The position numbers were made by a program, and so were the translations under genes. DNA of 64,000 bases from a virus (lineage: Duplodnaviria > Caudoviricetes). Below are positions 47,359-56,360 of the stretch, one piece after another (within the stretch, counting starts at the first letter, position 1; the number at the start of each line of letters is the position of its first letter). Below the pieces are notes generated by a model. The model worked only from the letters and a program-made list of their open reading frames with translations, ran no database searches and was not told where the DNA came from. The stretch lies in IMG/VR virus record IMGVR_UViG_3300013368_000005, positions 96,001 through 160,000 of that record; one strand, 5' to 3'.

Positions 47359-48315
47359 CTAATATTCTGCTAATCTATTATCATTTATTACTATTAATGG
47401 ATAAGTAATATCTAAGTTAGTATTCCTTGCAATACCATTTCTTTTATCGATAGATAAATCATCTATAAACATAGAATCTGGTTTAGTTACATTAGGAACA
47501 CTCTCTCCTGTAGTTACATCCATTACATCAAACCATCTTTGACCTGTAGAACCATCGTATACTACTACAGTCTTTATATTACTGTCTTGTTCTAATCTCA
47601 TCATATTTTGAGCTGGTGACATGTTTTGAGCATAATTTGCATAAGGATCTTCTTGGGCTATACCAGTTCTAATTATATTAGATGCAGAAATAGGACTTGT
47701 AAAATCTGCTACATTCATTGGTATAGATGGTCCATTATAAGTTCCTGATGGTGTATTAATATATGCTTGATATAAGTCCATAATTCTCTTATCATCATCA
47801 ACTTTATCTTCAGACATTTTGAGGTCTTTAATTCTTTTCATGTCCAAGTTATGACAATCTGTAATAGTTTTATTTAACTCTCTGATTGCTGTAACTTTTG
47901 TTCCTATTAGAGTACTAGCAGTACTGGTAAGCATAGCAATATAATCATATTTCTTTTTTAATGTTTTAGAACCTTTAATCAAATCTAATTCAGTTTTGAT
48001 ATCATTCTGAAAAACATCTATTTGAGCTACTGAATTTCTAAGTAAATTATTCGTTTCTGAATAACTTTCTAAATATGGTTGATTAGATTGGTATAAAGGT
48101 AAATCGGAATCATCTTGATTTGCTAATATTATATCGTTTCCATCACTTAACCTCTTAGTTGATACTGACTTACCTTTCTTTTTCTTCTTTGTAGATAGGT
48201 CCATATCTGAACCTATCAAATCTAACGGAATAGGCTCTGCCTCTGTTGTAAAGAAATCAAAGTTTACTCCACTAGAACCCCCTTTTTCTTCTTTAAAAGT
48301 AACCATTTTCTTCAT
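47359..48315 (-). CDS. Hypothetical protein with N-terminal KKMVTF motif
   Basis: AAGGAGG RBS and late promoter 48336-48347. Confidence 0.85.
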   Translation of the reverse strand: MKKMVTFKEEKGGSSGVNFDFFTTEAEPIPLDLIGSDMDLSTKKKKKGKSVSTKRLSDGNDIILANQDDSDLPLYQSNQPYLESYSETNNLLRNSVAQIDVFQNDIKTELDLIKGSKTLKKKYDYIAMLTSTASTLIGTKVTAIRELNKTITDCHNLDMKRIKDLKMSEDKVDDDKRIMDLYQAYINTPSGTYNGPSIPMNVADFTSPISASNIIRTGIAQEDPYANYAQNMSPAQNMMRLEQDSNIKTVVVYDGSTGQRWFDVMDVTTGESVPNVTKPDSMFIDDLSIDKRNGIARNTNLDITYPLIVINDNRLAEY

Positions 48316-48335
48316 ATATAAAACCTCCTTCTAAT

Positions 48336-48347
48336 TATTGGAATGTT
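48336..48347 (-). promoter_or_regulatory. Late-type promoter
   Basis: AACAttccaaTA. Confidence 0.65.
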
Positions 48348-48368
48348 TTACAATTTAATTTCCATTAT

Positions 48369-48382
48369 AATTATATATTATA
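48369..48382 (+). promoter_or_regulatory. Early-type phage promoter
   Basis: AATTATATATTATA. Confidence 0.75.
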
Positions 48383-48441
48383 ATATTGATAGTAATATGA
48401 ACTATCAATACTGTATTTTAAATAAAAGGAGACGATTAATT

Positions 48442-48801
48442 ATGATTAAAATTGGAAATGAATGGATTGAAGAAAGTGAAGAATTTAAAAATGAAAAAAG
48501 ATATTTATGTGTACAAGAAGATAAACTAAAAGAAATAACAAATTACATGGATGAAGGAAAAATAGAATATGAGAAGGCATCTATATATGAATTTGCAGCT
48601 AAAGAGAGAACTAAAACTCTATTTATAACTATCGATAAGACAGATAAAGTATCAAAAGAACAACGTGATTTTTATTATAAAGAATTATATAAAACAATGA
48701 GGAATGAGGTTAAATTGACCACTCCATTATTACTGGAATTTTGTCCTCAAGATGAAAATGATATTAACGGTATCGACTATATTAATGAAGATTTTAGATA
48801 G
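48442..48801 (+). CDS. Hypothetical protein (paralog of 49610..49972)
   Basis: AAGGAG RBS, early promoter, shared IEYEKAS motif. Confidence 0.8.
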   Translation: MIKIGNEWIEESEEFKNEKRYLCVQEDKLKEITNYMDEGKIEYEKASIYEFAAKERTKTLFITIDKTDKVSKEQRDFYYKELYKTMRNEVKLTTPLLLEFCPQDENDINGIDYINEDFR

Positions 48802-48895
48802 AAAAATAAAAGTCAATCATGAAAGGAATATAAAATATAGGTTACTATTTTTGTAGTAACCTATTATTAATATTAAAAGTAAAGGGAGATTAATT

Positions 48896-49033
48896 ATGGA
48901 AATAAAACAATATACAAATCTAAATGAAAAAGATAAAATAAAGGTTAAAAAGAATATTAAAGGAAAGGGATCGCCATATCTAATTCAAGAATTTATACAT
49001 CCAATATCTAAATACTTATTTATAATAAAATAG
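48896..49033 (+). CDS. Small hypothetical protein (45 aa)
   Basis: Manual translation; AAGGGAG RBS. Confidence 0.55.
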   Translation: MEIKQYTNLNEKDKIKVKKNIKGKGSPYLIQEFIHPISKYLFIIK

Positions 49034-49049
49034 AAGGAAGGGTTTTATT

Positions 49050-49271
49050 ATGATTGTAAAAAAGATAACCATTACTAACGAGAGAGGTAAAATAATAATG
49101 AATGAAGTTTTAGAAGAGAATGAACTTCCGTGTCTTTCAGATTTTGATGAGATATTTAGTAATAATGATACAGAAGGATGGATAAAATCCCTCCATTATG
49201 ACATATTAAGAAATTTATTAGAAGAAAATCGCATTGATTATTCTGTATTATTTATAGATACAGAAATATAA
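49050..49271 (+). CDS. Small acidic hypothetical protein
   Basis: ORF with RBS inside an operon. Confidence 0.7.
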   Translation: MIVKKITITNERGKIIMNEVLEENELPCLSDFDEIFSNNDTEGWIKSLHYDILRNLLEENRIDYSVLFIDTEI

Positions 49272-49291
49272 ATAAAGGGGAGATATTTATT

Positions 49292-49606
49292 ATGACAAAA
49301 TATATAGGATTAAAAGAACAAGAATTATTAGAAGAAGCAGTTGGCTTATTAAAAGAAACTGGAATCGATTGTGAAGCAAAAAGTGCAATGCAGTGGATTA
49401 TAGAAGAACAAGCAGATGATTTAGCATCGCAACAAATAGAAATGAATGATGAAGTAAAAAATAATTTTAAGAATCATCTTCTATTAGCTCTTGAAAATGA
49501 AGAGTATAATGGAGAAGGGTTACTAAATGATGATATAATCCAAGAAGTATATAATAATACAAGAGAGCAATTCGATATTATAGACTCTATTATTGAGGAG
49601 GAATAA
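49292..49606 (+). CDS. Acidic hypothetical protein
   Basis: AAGGGGAG RBS. Confidence 0.8.
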   Translation: MTKYIGLKEQELLEEAVGLLKETGIDCEAKSAMQWIIEEQADDLASQQIEMNDEVKNNFKNHLLLALENEEYNGEGLLNDDIIQEVYNNTREQFDIIDSIIEEE

Positions 49607-49609
49607 TGT

Positions 49610-49972
49610 ATGATTAGAATACAAAATCATTATATAGAACAAGATGAGAGATTTAAAACATTGCAACAATATATAACAGTGCAGCCCGAAAATTTGAATA
49701 AAGTAACTTCATTCTTAGAGGAAAATAATATAGAATATGAAAAAGCTTCTCTTTCTGAACATGTGTGCAATTCATTAGCAGAAGATCTTACACATGAAAG
49801 ACTTGATGAAGAAACTATAACTAAACAAGAAATGGGGGAATTTCATGAAAATATATATAAGGCAATGATAAAAAATGTATTTTCGGAGGATAATTATAAT
49901 CCTTATAATTATAATTTTGGATATGATATGGAATTGGTTTTAGAAAAGGAGAGAAGTGAAAAATGGAAATAA
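49610..49972 (+). CDS. Acidic hypothetical protein (paralog of 48442..48801)
   Basis: MIRIQNHYIE...IEYEKAS versus MIKIGNEWIE...IEYEKAS. Confidence 0.8.
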   Translation: MIRIQNHYIEQDERFKTLQQYITVQPENLNKVTSFLEENNIEYEKASLSEHVCNSLAEDLTHERLDEETITKQEMGEFHENIYKAMIKNVFSEDNYNPYNYNFGYDMELVLEKERSEKWK

Positions 49973-50280
49973 TGAAAAGAACAACTGATAGAGGGTTTGA
50001 TATTATCGAATTCAAAGATTGGTATAATCATTCATGTAGTATTCAGAGAAGTTCATCACAAACAATAGATTCCAATGAGGAAAAAGAAACTATATGGTTT
50101 GGCATCAATGATGCTGAACCAATAATACTAGCTAGTAAAATAATTAAAGGGGGCACTGGATGGGCTAGTTATCCTATACCTGATGATGTATTTATACCAA
50201 CTCGTATGCATTTAACTAGGGAACAAGTAAAAGAATTGATACCTATATTACAAAAGTTTGTAGATGAGGGCGAGATATAA
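49963..50280 (+). CDS. Hypothetical phage protein
   Basis: ORF with AGGAG RBS overlapping the previous gene. Confidence 0.8.
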   Translation: MEIMKRTTDRGFDIIEFKDWYNHSCSIQRSSSQTIDSNEEKETIWFGINDAEPIILASKIIKGGTGWASYPIPDDVFIPTRMHLTREQVKELIPILQKFVDEGEI

Positions 50281-50541
50281 AGATACTTGATAAATTTATT
50301 GAAAACTTCGTTTGTATAAATACACTTATTAGGTTATGGACCTCACGAAAGTGGACATAAAATGCTATGAGAACAAAATAAAGAAGTATGTATGGAATGG
50401 GAATTATTAAAGAATAAAGTATGGCAATCTAAGTATAGAGATTGTAAAGTTATTGAAGTGACTGATATCTTAACAGAAACTACTAAAGAAGCAGTAAATA
50501 AAGTAATATATCTACAGGAGTAGGATTTTCACTATACTGTA

Positions 50542-50581
50542 AATAAACTAGCATTAATCGTGCTAGTTTATTTTTTATTTT
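50542..50581 (+). terminator. Intrinsic terminator
   Basis: AATAAACTAGCA-ttaatcg-TGCTAGTTTATT followed by a T-tract. Confidence 0.75.
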
Positions 50582-50587
50582 GTATGC

Positions 50588-50599
50588 AACATATATATA
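50588..50599 (+). promoter_or_regulatory. Late-type promoter of polB
   Basis: AACAtatataTA after a terminator. Confidence 0.65.
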
Positions 50600-50648
50600 A
50601 TGCGTAAAGTGACCACTAAAGGTTAATAAGGAAGAAAGAAGTGATTTT

Positions 50649-52601
50649 ATGTTGCTAAAAAATTATATAGAAGGGTCAGATTTGACATTATTAAATACTT
50701 ATTATTTATATCCACAAAAGAATGAAGAAACAGGAAAATGGAGTAAAGATTCAATCACTCTGATTTATAAAGATAATGTTACGGGACAAAAACATCATGA
50801 AACAATACATGAGCCAGATTATGAATTCTATATGGCAAAACCAGAAGAAATGATTGATCATAATATGCTCTTTATAGAAAAAGAGAAAGTACAAAAAATA
50901 TCATCACCATATAGTAAATTAGAAAAAACAATAGCAGAAGTTACCGACAATCTACCATTTTATTATGATAATATAAAAAATGGTAATAGAAGAGCAAATC
51001 AAAGATTACATGACGATACGAGAATATTTGGTTCTGATAGTAATATAGAAGAGCACTATAGATTTAGATTTGATAATGAATATACAAATAGCATCATACC
51101 TATATCTAAAGCATATTTCGATATAGAAGCAGATACTATTAATATGAAGGGAGATTTCCCAGAGCCAGGAGAGTGTCCAGTAAATGCAGTAACACTCATT
51201 AACGAAGCAACAAATAAAGTTTATGTATTTCTATTAAGAAATCCAAATAATCCTTTAATAGAAGAATTTGAAAAATCTATAAATAATGATTTATTTGTAG
51301 AATTAAAAGACTTTATAAGAGATTCAGTTGGAGGGTATAAAAAAGAGATAAAATATGGATTAGATAAATTACAATATGAGTTTCTTTTTTATGATGAAGA
51401 AATAGGTTTATTACAAGAGTTATTTTTAGCAATAAATACATTACAACCAGACTTTATAATGGCATGGAACATGGCATTCGATATGCCATATATGATTCAG
51501 AGAATTAAAAATTTAGGTTATTCAGCAGAATCTATAATCTGTCATCCAGATTTTGAGGTTAAGGTTTGTAAATATAAAATAGATGAAAATGCAGATATAT
51601 TATCCGAAAGGGGGGATGATGCAACAATTAGTTCTTATACAAAATATATAGATCAATTAATACAATTTGCATCTAGAAGAAAAGGTCAAGGAGTATTCTC
51701 AAACTTTAAATTAGACTCCATAGGAAATCTAACTGTAGGGGTTAAAAAATTAGATTATTCTCATATCACTACTAGTATAGCAAAATTACCATATTTAAAT
51801 TATAAGGTGTTTGTTTTTTATAATATCATAGACGTAATTGTTCAAAAATGTATAGAATCAAAAGTTGGTGATATAGACTATACTTTTAATAAATGTCTAA
51901 TAAATAATACAAGATATAATAAAGCACATAGACAAACTGTATATCTCGTAAATAGAGGAAAAAAAGAGTTTTATACAGATGGGTTTATAATGGGAAATAA
52001 TACAAATAGGAAAAACGCTAAGCCAACAGAAAAATTCCCAGGTGCATTTGTTGCAGACCCAATGAAATTAGATGATTATGCTAAATTAAAACGATATGGA
52101 TTGCCAGTAAACATATTTAATAATTCTGATGACTTTGACTATAAATCACTATATCCAAGTATAATGAGAGAATTTAATATTGCACCTCATACACAAATAG
52201 GAAGAATCGATATATTGGATAAGATGTATAACAATGAAGATCCATTTAATAATAAATATTATAATAGAGGTGGAGCATTTATAGAAGATTTACATTCGGG
52301 GGTATTTTTACAATTTGGTCATAGGTGGTTAGGACTAGCACAGTATAGCGATTTATATAAGGATATATTAGAATACTTTACTAAAAGAGCATTTAGTGCT
52401 AATCCAGTGTTTATGTTTAACGATAAAGGTCAAGTTCCTATGGTTAGATTTAGGCAAGAAGGACAAATGATGAAGATGGTTTCATTTGATGAAGGTAAAC
52501 AAAGAATGGTTTATAAATATTATCAAAAACCAGATTATCAAAATATATATGATAATATAAATAGAAATGGGGTTGCTATAGGTGTTGGTACAATTGAATA
52601 A
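50649..52601 (+). CDS. Family B DNA polymerase, exonuclease plus motif-A half of a split enzyme
   Basis: ExoI FDIEAD, ExoII AWNMAFD, ExoIII YNIID, FPGAFV, motif A DFDYKSLYPS. Motifs B (KxxxNSxYG) and C (DTDS) are absent. Confidence 0.9.
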   Translation: MLLKNYIEGSDLTLLNTYYLYPQKNEETGKWSKDSITLIYKDNVTGQKHHETIHEPDYEFYMAKPEEMIDHNMLFIEKEKVQKISSPYSKLEKTIAEVTDNLPFYYDNIKNGNRRANQRLHDDTRIFGSDSNIEEHYRFRFDNEYTNSIIPISKAYFDIEADTINMKGDFPEPGECPVNAVTLINEATNKVYVFLLRNPNNPLIEEFEKSINNDLFVELKDFIRDSVGGYKKEIKYGLDKLQYEFLFYDEEIGLLQELFLAINTLQPDFIMAWNMAFDMPYMIQRIKNLGYSAESIICHPDFEVKVCKYKIDENADILSERGDDATISSYTKYIDQLIQFASRRKGQGVFSNFKLDSIGNLTVGVKKLDYSHITTSIAKLPYLNYKVFVFYNIIDVIVQKCIESKVGDIDYTFNKCLINNTRYNKAHRQTVYLVNRGKKEFYTDGFIMGNNTNRKNAKPTEKFPGAFVADPMKLDDYAKLKRYGLPVNIFNNSDDFDYKSLYPSIMREFNIAPHTQIGRIDILDKMYNNEDPFNNKYYNRGGAFIEDLHSGVFLQFGHRWLGLAQYSDLYKDILEYFTKRAFSANPVFMFNDKGQVPMVRFRQEGQMMKMVSFDEGKQRMVYKYYQKPDYQNIYDNINRNGVAIGVGTIE

Positions 52602-53211
52602 ACAACAATTAAAAGAGTTAATAACCGAAGCAAAAAAAATCAAGTCTGATATAATTTATATCAGACCTGATGGAAATATATATGGTACAGATATAAATTT
52701 CTTTCATCTAAAATCAAGTACGACATCAATATTGGGTTTTGAATTATGCTATCTGTCTAAAGATATGGATGCTTTTATTAAAAATATAGATGATATAGCA
52801 GTGGAGAAAATAATTATAAATGGTATAAATATGATAGCAGAAAATGGTGCAGTAGTTCAAGTATTAAATCCATTTTCTATAAATGAAATTAATAATAAAA
52901 TTATTAGATTATCATATATGATAAATAATCCAATAATTTATACAAATGAATCATTACAAGAAGATGATGTATTTCAATCTATAATATCTTTAAAAACGTC
53001 GGATGGTTCTACTATATATAAAATTGATTATATTTATATGATGTCTGTATTTAAAACCTTATTACCAATTAATAAAGGAGATAAAGTCTTATTAAATATA
53101 ATTGATATAGGTCAAGAAAGATTTTTATCAAATTTCACTGTAGTAAAAAAGAAAAATGTTATAATAAATATATACTATATTATGAGATATTTAAATACAT
53201 CAAATCGATAA
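52594..53211 (+). CDS. Putative sliding clamp-like protein
   Basis: About 205 aa, overlaps the PolB stop, helix/strand pattern (LKELITEAKKI...IYGTD...FELCYLSKDMDAFIK) reminiscent of PCNA/gp45/beta-clamp domains. Confidence 0.45.
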   Translation: MNKQQLKELITEAKKIKSDIIYIRPDGNIYGTDINFFHLKSSTTSILGFELCYLSKDMDAFIKNIDDIAVEKIIINGINMIAENGAVVQVLNPFSINEINNKIIRLSYMINNPIIYTNESLQEDDVFQSIISLKTSDGSTIYKIDYIYMMSVFKTLLPINKGDKVLLNIIDIGQERFLSNFTVVKKKNVIINIYYIMRYLNTSNR

Positions 53212-53226
53212 AGATTTGATGTATTT

Positions 53227-53238
53227 AACATCTAATTA
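53227..53238 (+). promoter_or_regulatory. Late-type promoter of the portal gene
   Basis: AACAtctaatTA. Confidence 0.7.
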
Positions 53239-53270
53239 AGTAATACTAATTATTTAAGGGGGAACTTCAC

Positions 53271-55514
53271 ATGGCTAAAAACAAAGAAAATTCTATAAAT
53301 AAAAACCTTGTGGTCTCGTTAATGAAAAATATACAAGGTAATATACAAAATATATACAGAAATACTCATATAACTTCCACAACGAATATGAATGATATGA
53401 ATAGTATAAAGGCATCGATTGATAAATCTATGGATAATATATCTATGAGGAATGTAGATGCTGTCGGTTCTACATCAATATCTTCCTTGTATGCAAGAAT
53501 ACAAGATAAAAATGGAGGTAGTATTGCAGATACTAAATTTACTAATGAAGTACAATCAATATTTGAAGATAAAATGCTTACAGATACATTGGCTATGGCA
53601 TTCGCAGACAACAAAGATCTAAAAGAATACGATGAAGAAATAGATACAATATGTAAATATATGTCTTCATTAGATGATGCTCTAGAAGCAAAGAAGGATA
53701 ATGTTTTATCAGCTGATCACTTTTCTAAGGATTTTTTAAATGCTAGAAACGCTTCTAATATGGATAATATAAATTTATTTAGTAGCAGAATAAAAGAAAT
53801 GAAGAAAAAATATAATCTCTTAGAGTTTTTAGAGGATACTTATGATAATGCTAGTAGATACGGCGAAGACTTTATATATATGGTAGACTATAACAAAGCA
53901 TTAAAAAAATTATTAGCTACAAAAAATAGTTCTATATTACGCTCTAATTTATATTCAACTAATGAGTCTGCTAAAATAAATGATCAAGGAATTATAACAG
54001 AAACTTTTAGTTTTAAGAATATGTATGATGAAAATAATACATCCGAGAGTGGAAAAACAGACATACCTACAGGGGAATTTAAATGTACAATGAATGTTAC
54101 AGGTATATTAACAGAATCAGTAGAACAGCATCAAAATCTTAAAAATATAATTGAAAAGACGAATAATATACACAAAAAGTTTGATAATATATTTACAGAT
54201 AAACAAGAATATGACTTAGAAGGTCCAAATAATTCTACATCTTTAGATGGTACTATAGACATGAACAGAAATAATAAAGATAAAGTTGATATTAATGTTC
54301 CAGGCTGTATCATAAAGAGAATACCAAGGGAGAATATCATTGTTGTATATATAGATCAAGTATGTCTAGGATATTATTATTTGGAATTTGATATGAAAAA
54401 TATGATTAAAAATGTTTCTTCTTCTGATCCTTTAGTTGGATTTAAAACTGCATTAAATAGAGTTGAAGCTAATAATGATACTAAAGAACAATCTTTAAAA
54501 TTTATAGCTTCTAAATTATCATCATTTATAGATAGACAGTTTATTAATAACAATCAAGATTTAAGAGAAGAAATATATATGATATTAAAGTATAATGATA
54601 TTAGTATTAATAGTATGAATGAAGTAAAAATAACTTTTATACCTCCTGAAGATATGGTACATGTATACTTTGAGAAAGACCCAAAAACAAATAGAGGTAT
54701 ATCTGATTTACACAAGTCTCTCGTACCAGCTAAATTCTTTGTTTCTTTATATGTAACTACTTGGTTAGGAATTATAACAAGAGGTTATGATAAAAGAGTA
54801 TATTATGTAAAGCAAAATGTAGATACTAATATAGCTAAAGTACTATTAAATACTGTTAATCAAATCAAAAAATCCAACTTTGGAGCTAGAGAAATTTCTA
54901 GTATTAAAACATTATTAAATATAGGTGGCAGATACCAAGATATGATAGTTCCAATGAATGCAACAGGCGAAAGCCCTATGAACTTTGAGATTATGCAAGG
55001 TCAAAATATAGAAATTAAAACCGAACTATTAGATATGCTAGAACAAATGGCTATAAATTCTACGGATGTACCTTACGATTACGTTCAATCTAGAAAAAAT
55101 GTAGACTATGCTGTACGATTAACAATGTCGAGTGGTAAGTTTTTAAGAAAGGTATTTAAAAGGCAATCTAAAACACAAGTCTTCTTTAGTAGAATATTTA
55201 CTAAATTATATAATACCGAATACGATGAGAATGATATTATAGAAATAGAATTACCACCACCATCATTCTTAAATCTTATTAATACACAACAAGTTATAGC
55301 TAGTACTAAAGAACAAGTTATGGAAATTGTTGAAATGGAAGCATCTCAAGAAGAACAAGATGTTCAAGATATGTTTAAAAATAAATTAATGAAACATTAT
55401 TTAGGAGGTCATCTAGATCTTAAAGCAATCGATGATATTAAGAAACAAGCTAAGATGGAAATAACAAAAGAGAGAGATTTAAAAAAGGCTGAACAAGAAG
55501 CGTCTAATAATTAA
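53271..55514 (+). CDS. Portal protein (T4 gp20-like)
   Basis: RYGEDFIY, RGISDLHKS, TRGYDKRVYYV (compare T4 RAPERRVFY), DVPYDY; late promoter. Confidence 0.8.
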   Translation: MAKNKENSINKNLVVSLMKNIQGNIQNIYRNTHITSTTNMNDMNSIKASIDKSMDNISMRNVDAVGSTSISSLYARIQDKNGGSIADTKFTNEVQSIFEDKMLTDTLAMAFADNKDLKEYDEEIDTICKYMSSLDDALEAKKDNVLSADHFSKDFLNARNASNMDNINLFSSRIKEMKKKYNLLEFLEDTYDNASRYGEDFIYMVDYNKALKKLLATKNSSILRSNLYSTNESAKINDQGIITETFSFKNMYDENNTSESGKTDIPTGEFKCTMNVTGILTESVEQHQNLKNIIEKTNNIHKKFDNIFTDKQEYDLEGPNNSTSLDGTIDMNRNNKDKVDINVPGCIIKRIPRENIIVVYIDQVCLGYYYLEFDMKNMIKNVSSSDPLVGFKTALNRVEANNDTKEQSLKFIASKLSSFIDRQFINNNQDLREEIYMILKYNDISINSMNEVKITFIPPEDMVHVYFEKDPKTNRGISDLHKSLVPAKFFVSLYVTTWLGIITRGYDKRVYYVKQNVDTNIAKVLLNTVNQIKKSNFGAREISSIKTLLNIGGRYQDMIVPMNATGESPMNFEIMQGQNIEIKTELLDMLEQMAINSTDVPYDYVQSRKNVDYAVRLTMSSGKFLRKVFKRQSKTQVFFSRIFTKLYNTEYDENDIIEIELPPPSFLNLINTQQVIASTKEQVMEIVEMEASQEEQDVQDMFKNKLMKHYLGGHLDLKAIDDIKKQAKMEITKERDLKKAEQEASNN

Positions 55515-55526
55515 AAAACAAAATAA

Positions 55527-55559
55527 AGACTATACGGAAATTCCGTATAGTCTATTTTT
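55527..55559. terminator. Bidirectional terminator between the portal and tail tube genes
   Basis: AGACTATACGGAA-a-TTCCGTATAGTCT. Confidence 0.75.
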
Positions 55560-56346
55560 ATCTTTTTGTAGGTATTTTCTGAGTACCAGTATACTCAAAG
55601 TTACTAGAATCAAGAGTAATCTTATTAGGATTTTCTGTAGAATTCATCCAGTCTAAAGCAGCTTGTGCTTTTTGGTATATCACTTCTCCTTTTACAGGGA
55701 AGCAGTTAAATTCAACACTTAACTCTTTATTTCCTATCTCTCCTTTTTCAGAGTTATAAATATTAGTCTCAGCTGTAGTTGGCTGACCAGCTAATAGTAA
55801 ATAAGATTTTTCTATTTTTCTAAATGTGTTATCAGTAACACCATATAGTAATATAAAAGTCTCATTTTCATAACCGTCTTCTAATTTACCTTGCTCAATT
55901 AAGCCATGATAAGTCTTAACTTGAGTTCTTGGATCTTTAATCCCAGTAAGGAATAATTCATGAAGTTTAGTTATAGTAGAACCACTCTTCTCAAAGAATC
56001 TCATTTGAACTTGAGAAGCAGACTGCTCCATTACTTTACTTATAATATTTAATGTAGAAATACCATTAGTATTATCTAATGTCTCAGATGTAATATTTTC
56101 TATTCCATCTAAACCTCTAAATTCATATTCTAGAATATGTGTATAGTTATCTAAAAGATTCCTATATTCTGTATTCTCTGAAGCAAGCATTTCTAAAAAT
56201 TTAGGTACTTGGCAAACTATTAAAAAGGAGTAGCCTGTTTCATAGTTATTGAATTGAGCCAAATTACCAAAGTCAGTAACACCTTGCATAAGCTTATATT
56301 GTGTTAAGTTTCTTGGTTGTTTAGTTCCTGAGAACATTGAAGCCAT
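55558..56346 (-). CDS. Tail tube protein
   Basis: Directly downstream of the sheath gene; size and beta-rich composition fit. Confidence 0.7.
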   Translation of the reverse strand: MASMFSGTKQPRNLTQYKLMQGVTDFGNLAQFNNYETGYSFLIVCQVPKFLEMLASENTEYRNLLDNYTHILEYEFRGLDGIENITSETLDNTNGISTLNIISKVMEQSASQVQMRFFEKSGSTITKLHELFLTGIKDPRTQVKTYHGLIEQGKLEDGYENETFILLYGVTDNTFRKIEKSYLLLAGQPTTAETNIYNSEKGEIGNKELSVEFNCFPVKGEVIYQKAQAALDWMNSTENPNKITLDSSNFEYTGTQKIPTKR

Positions 56347-56360
56347 TATTCAGCACCTCC

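Noticed and set aside
50281-50523. Reading frame with an internal TGA (…GHKML*EQNKEVCMEW…) suggesting stop-codon recoding
   Set aside because: The frame also contains an upstream TAA, and all long genes translate intact under code 11. More likely a small ORF or decayed gene.
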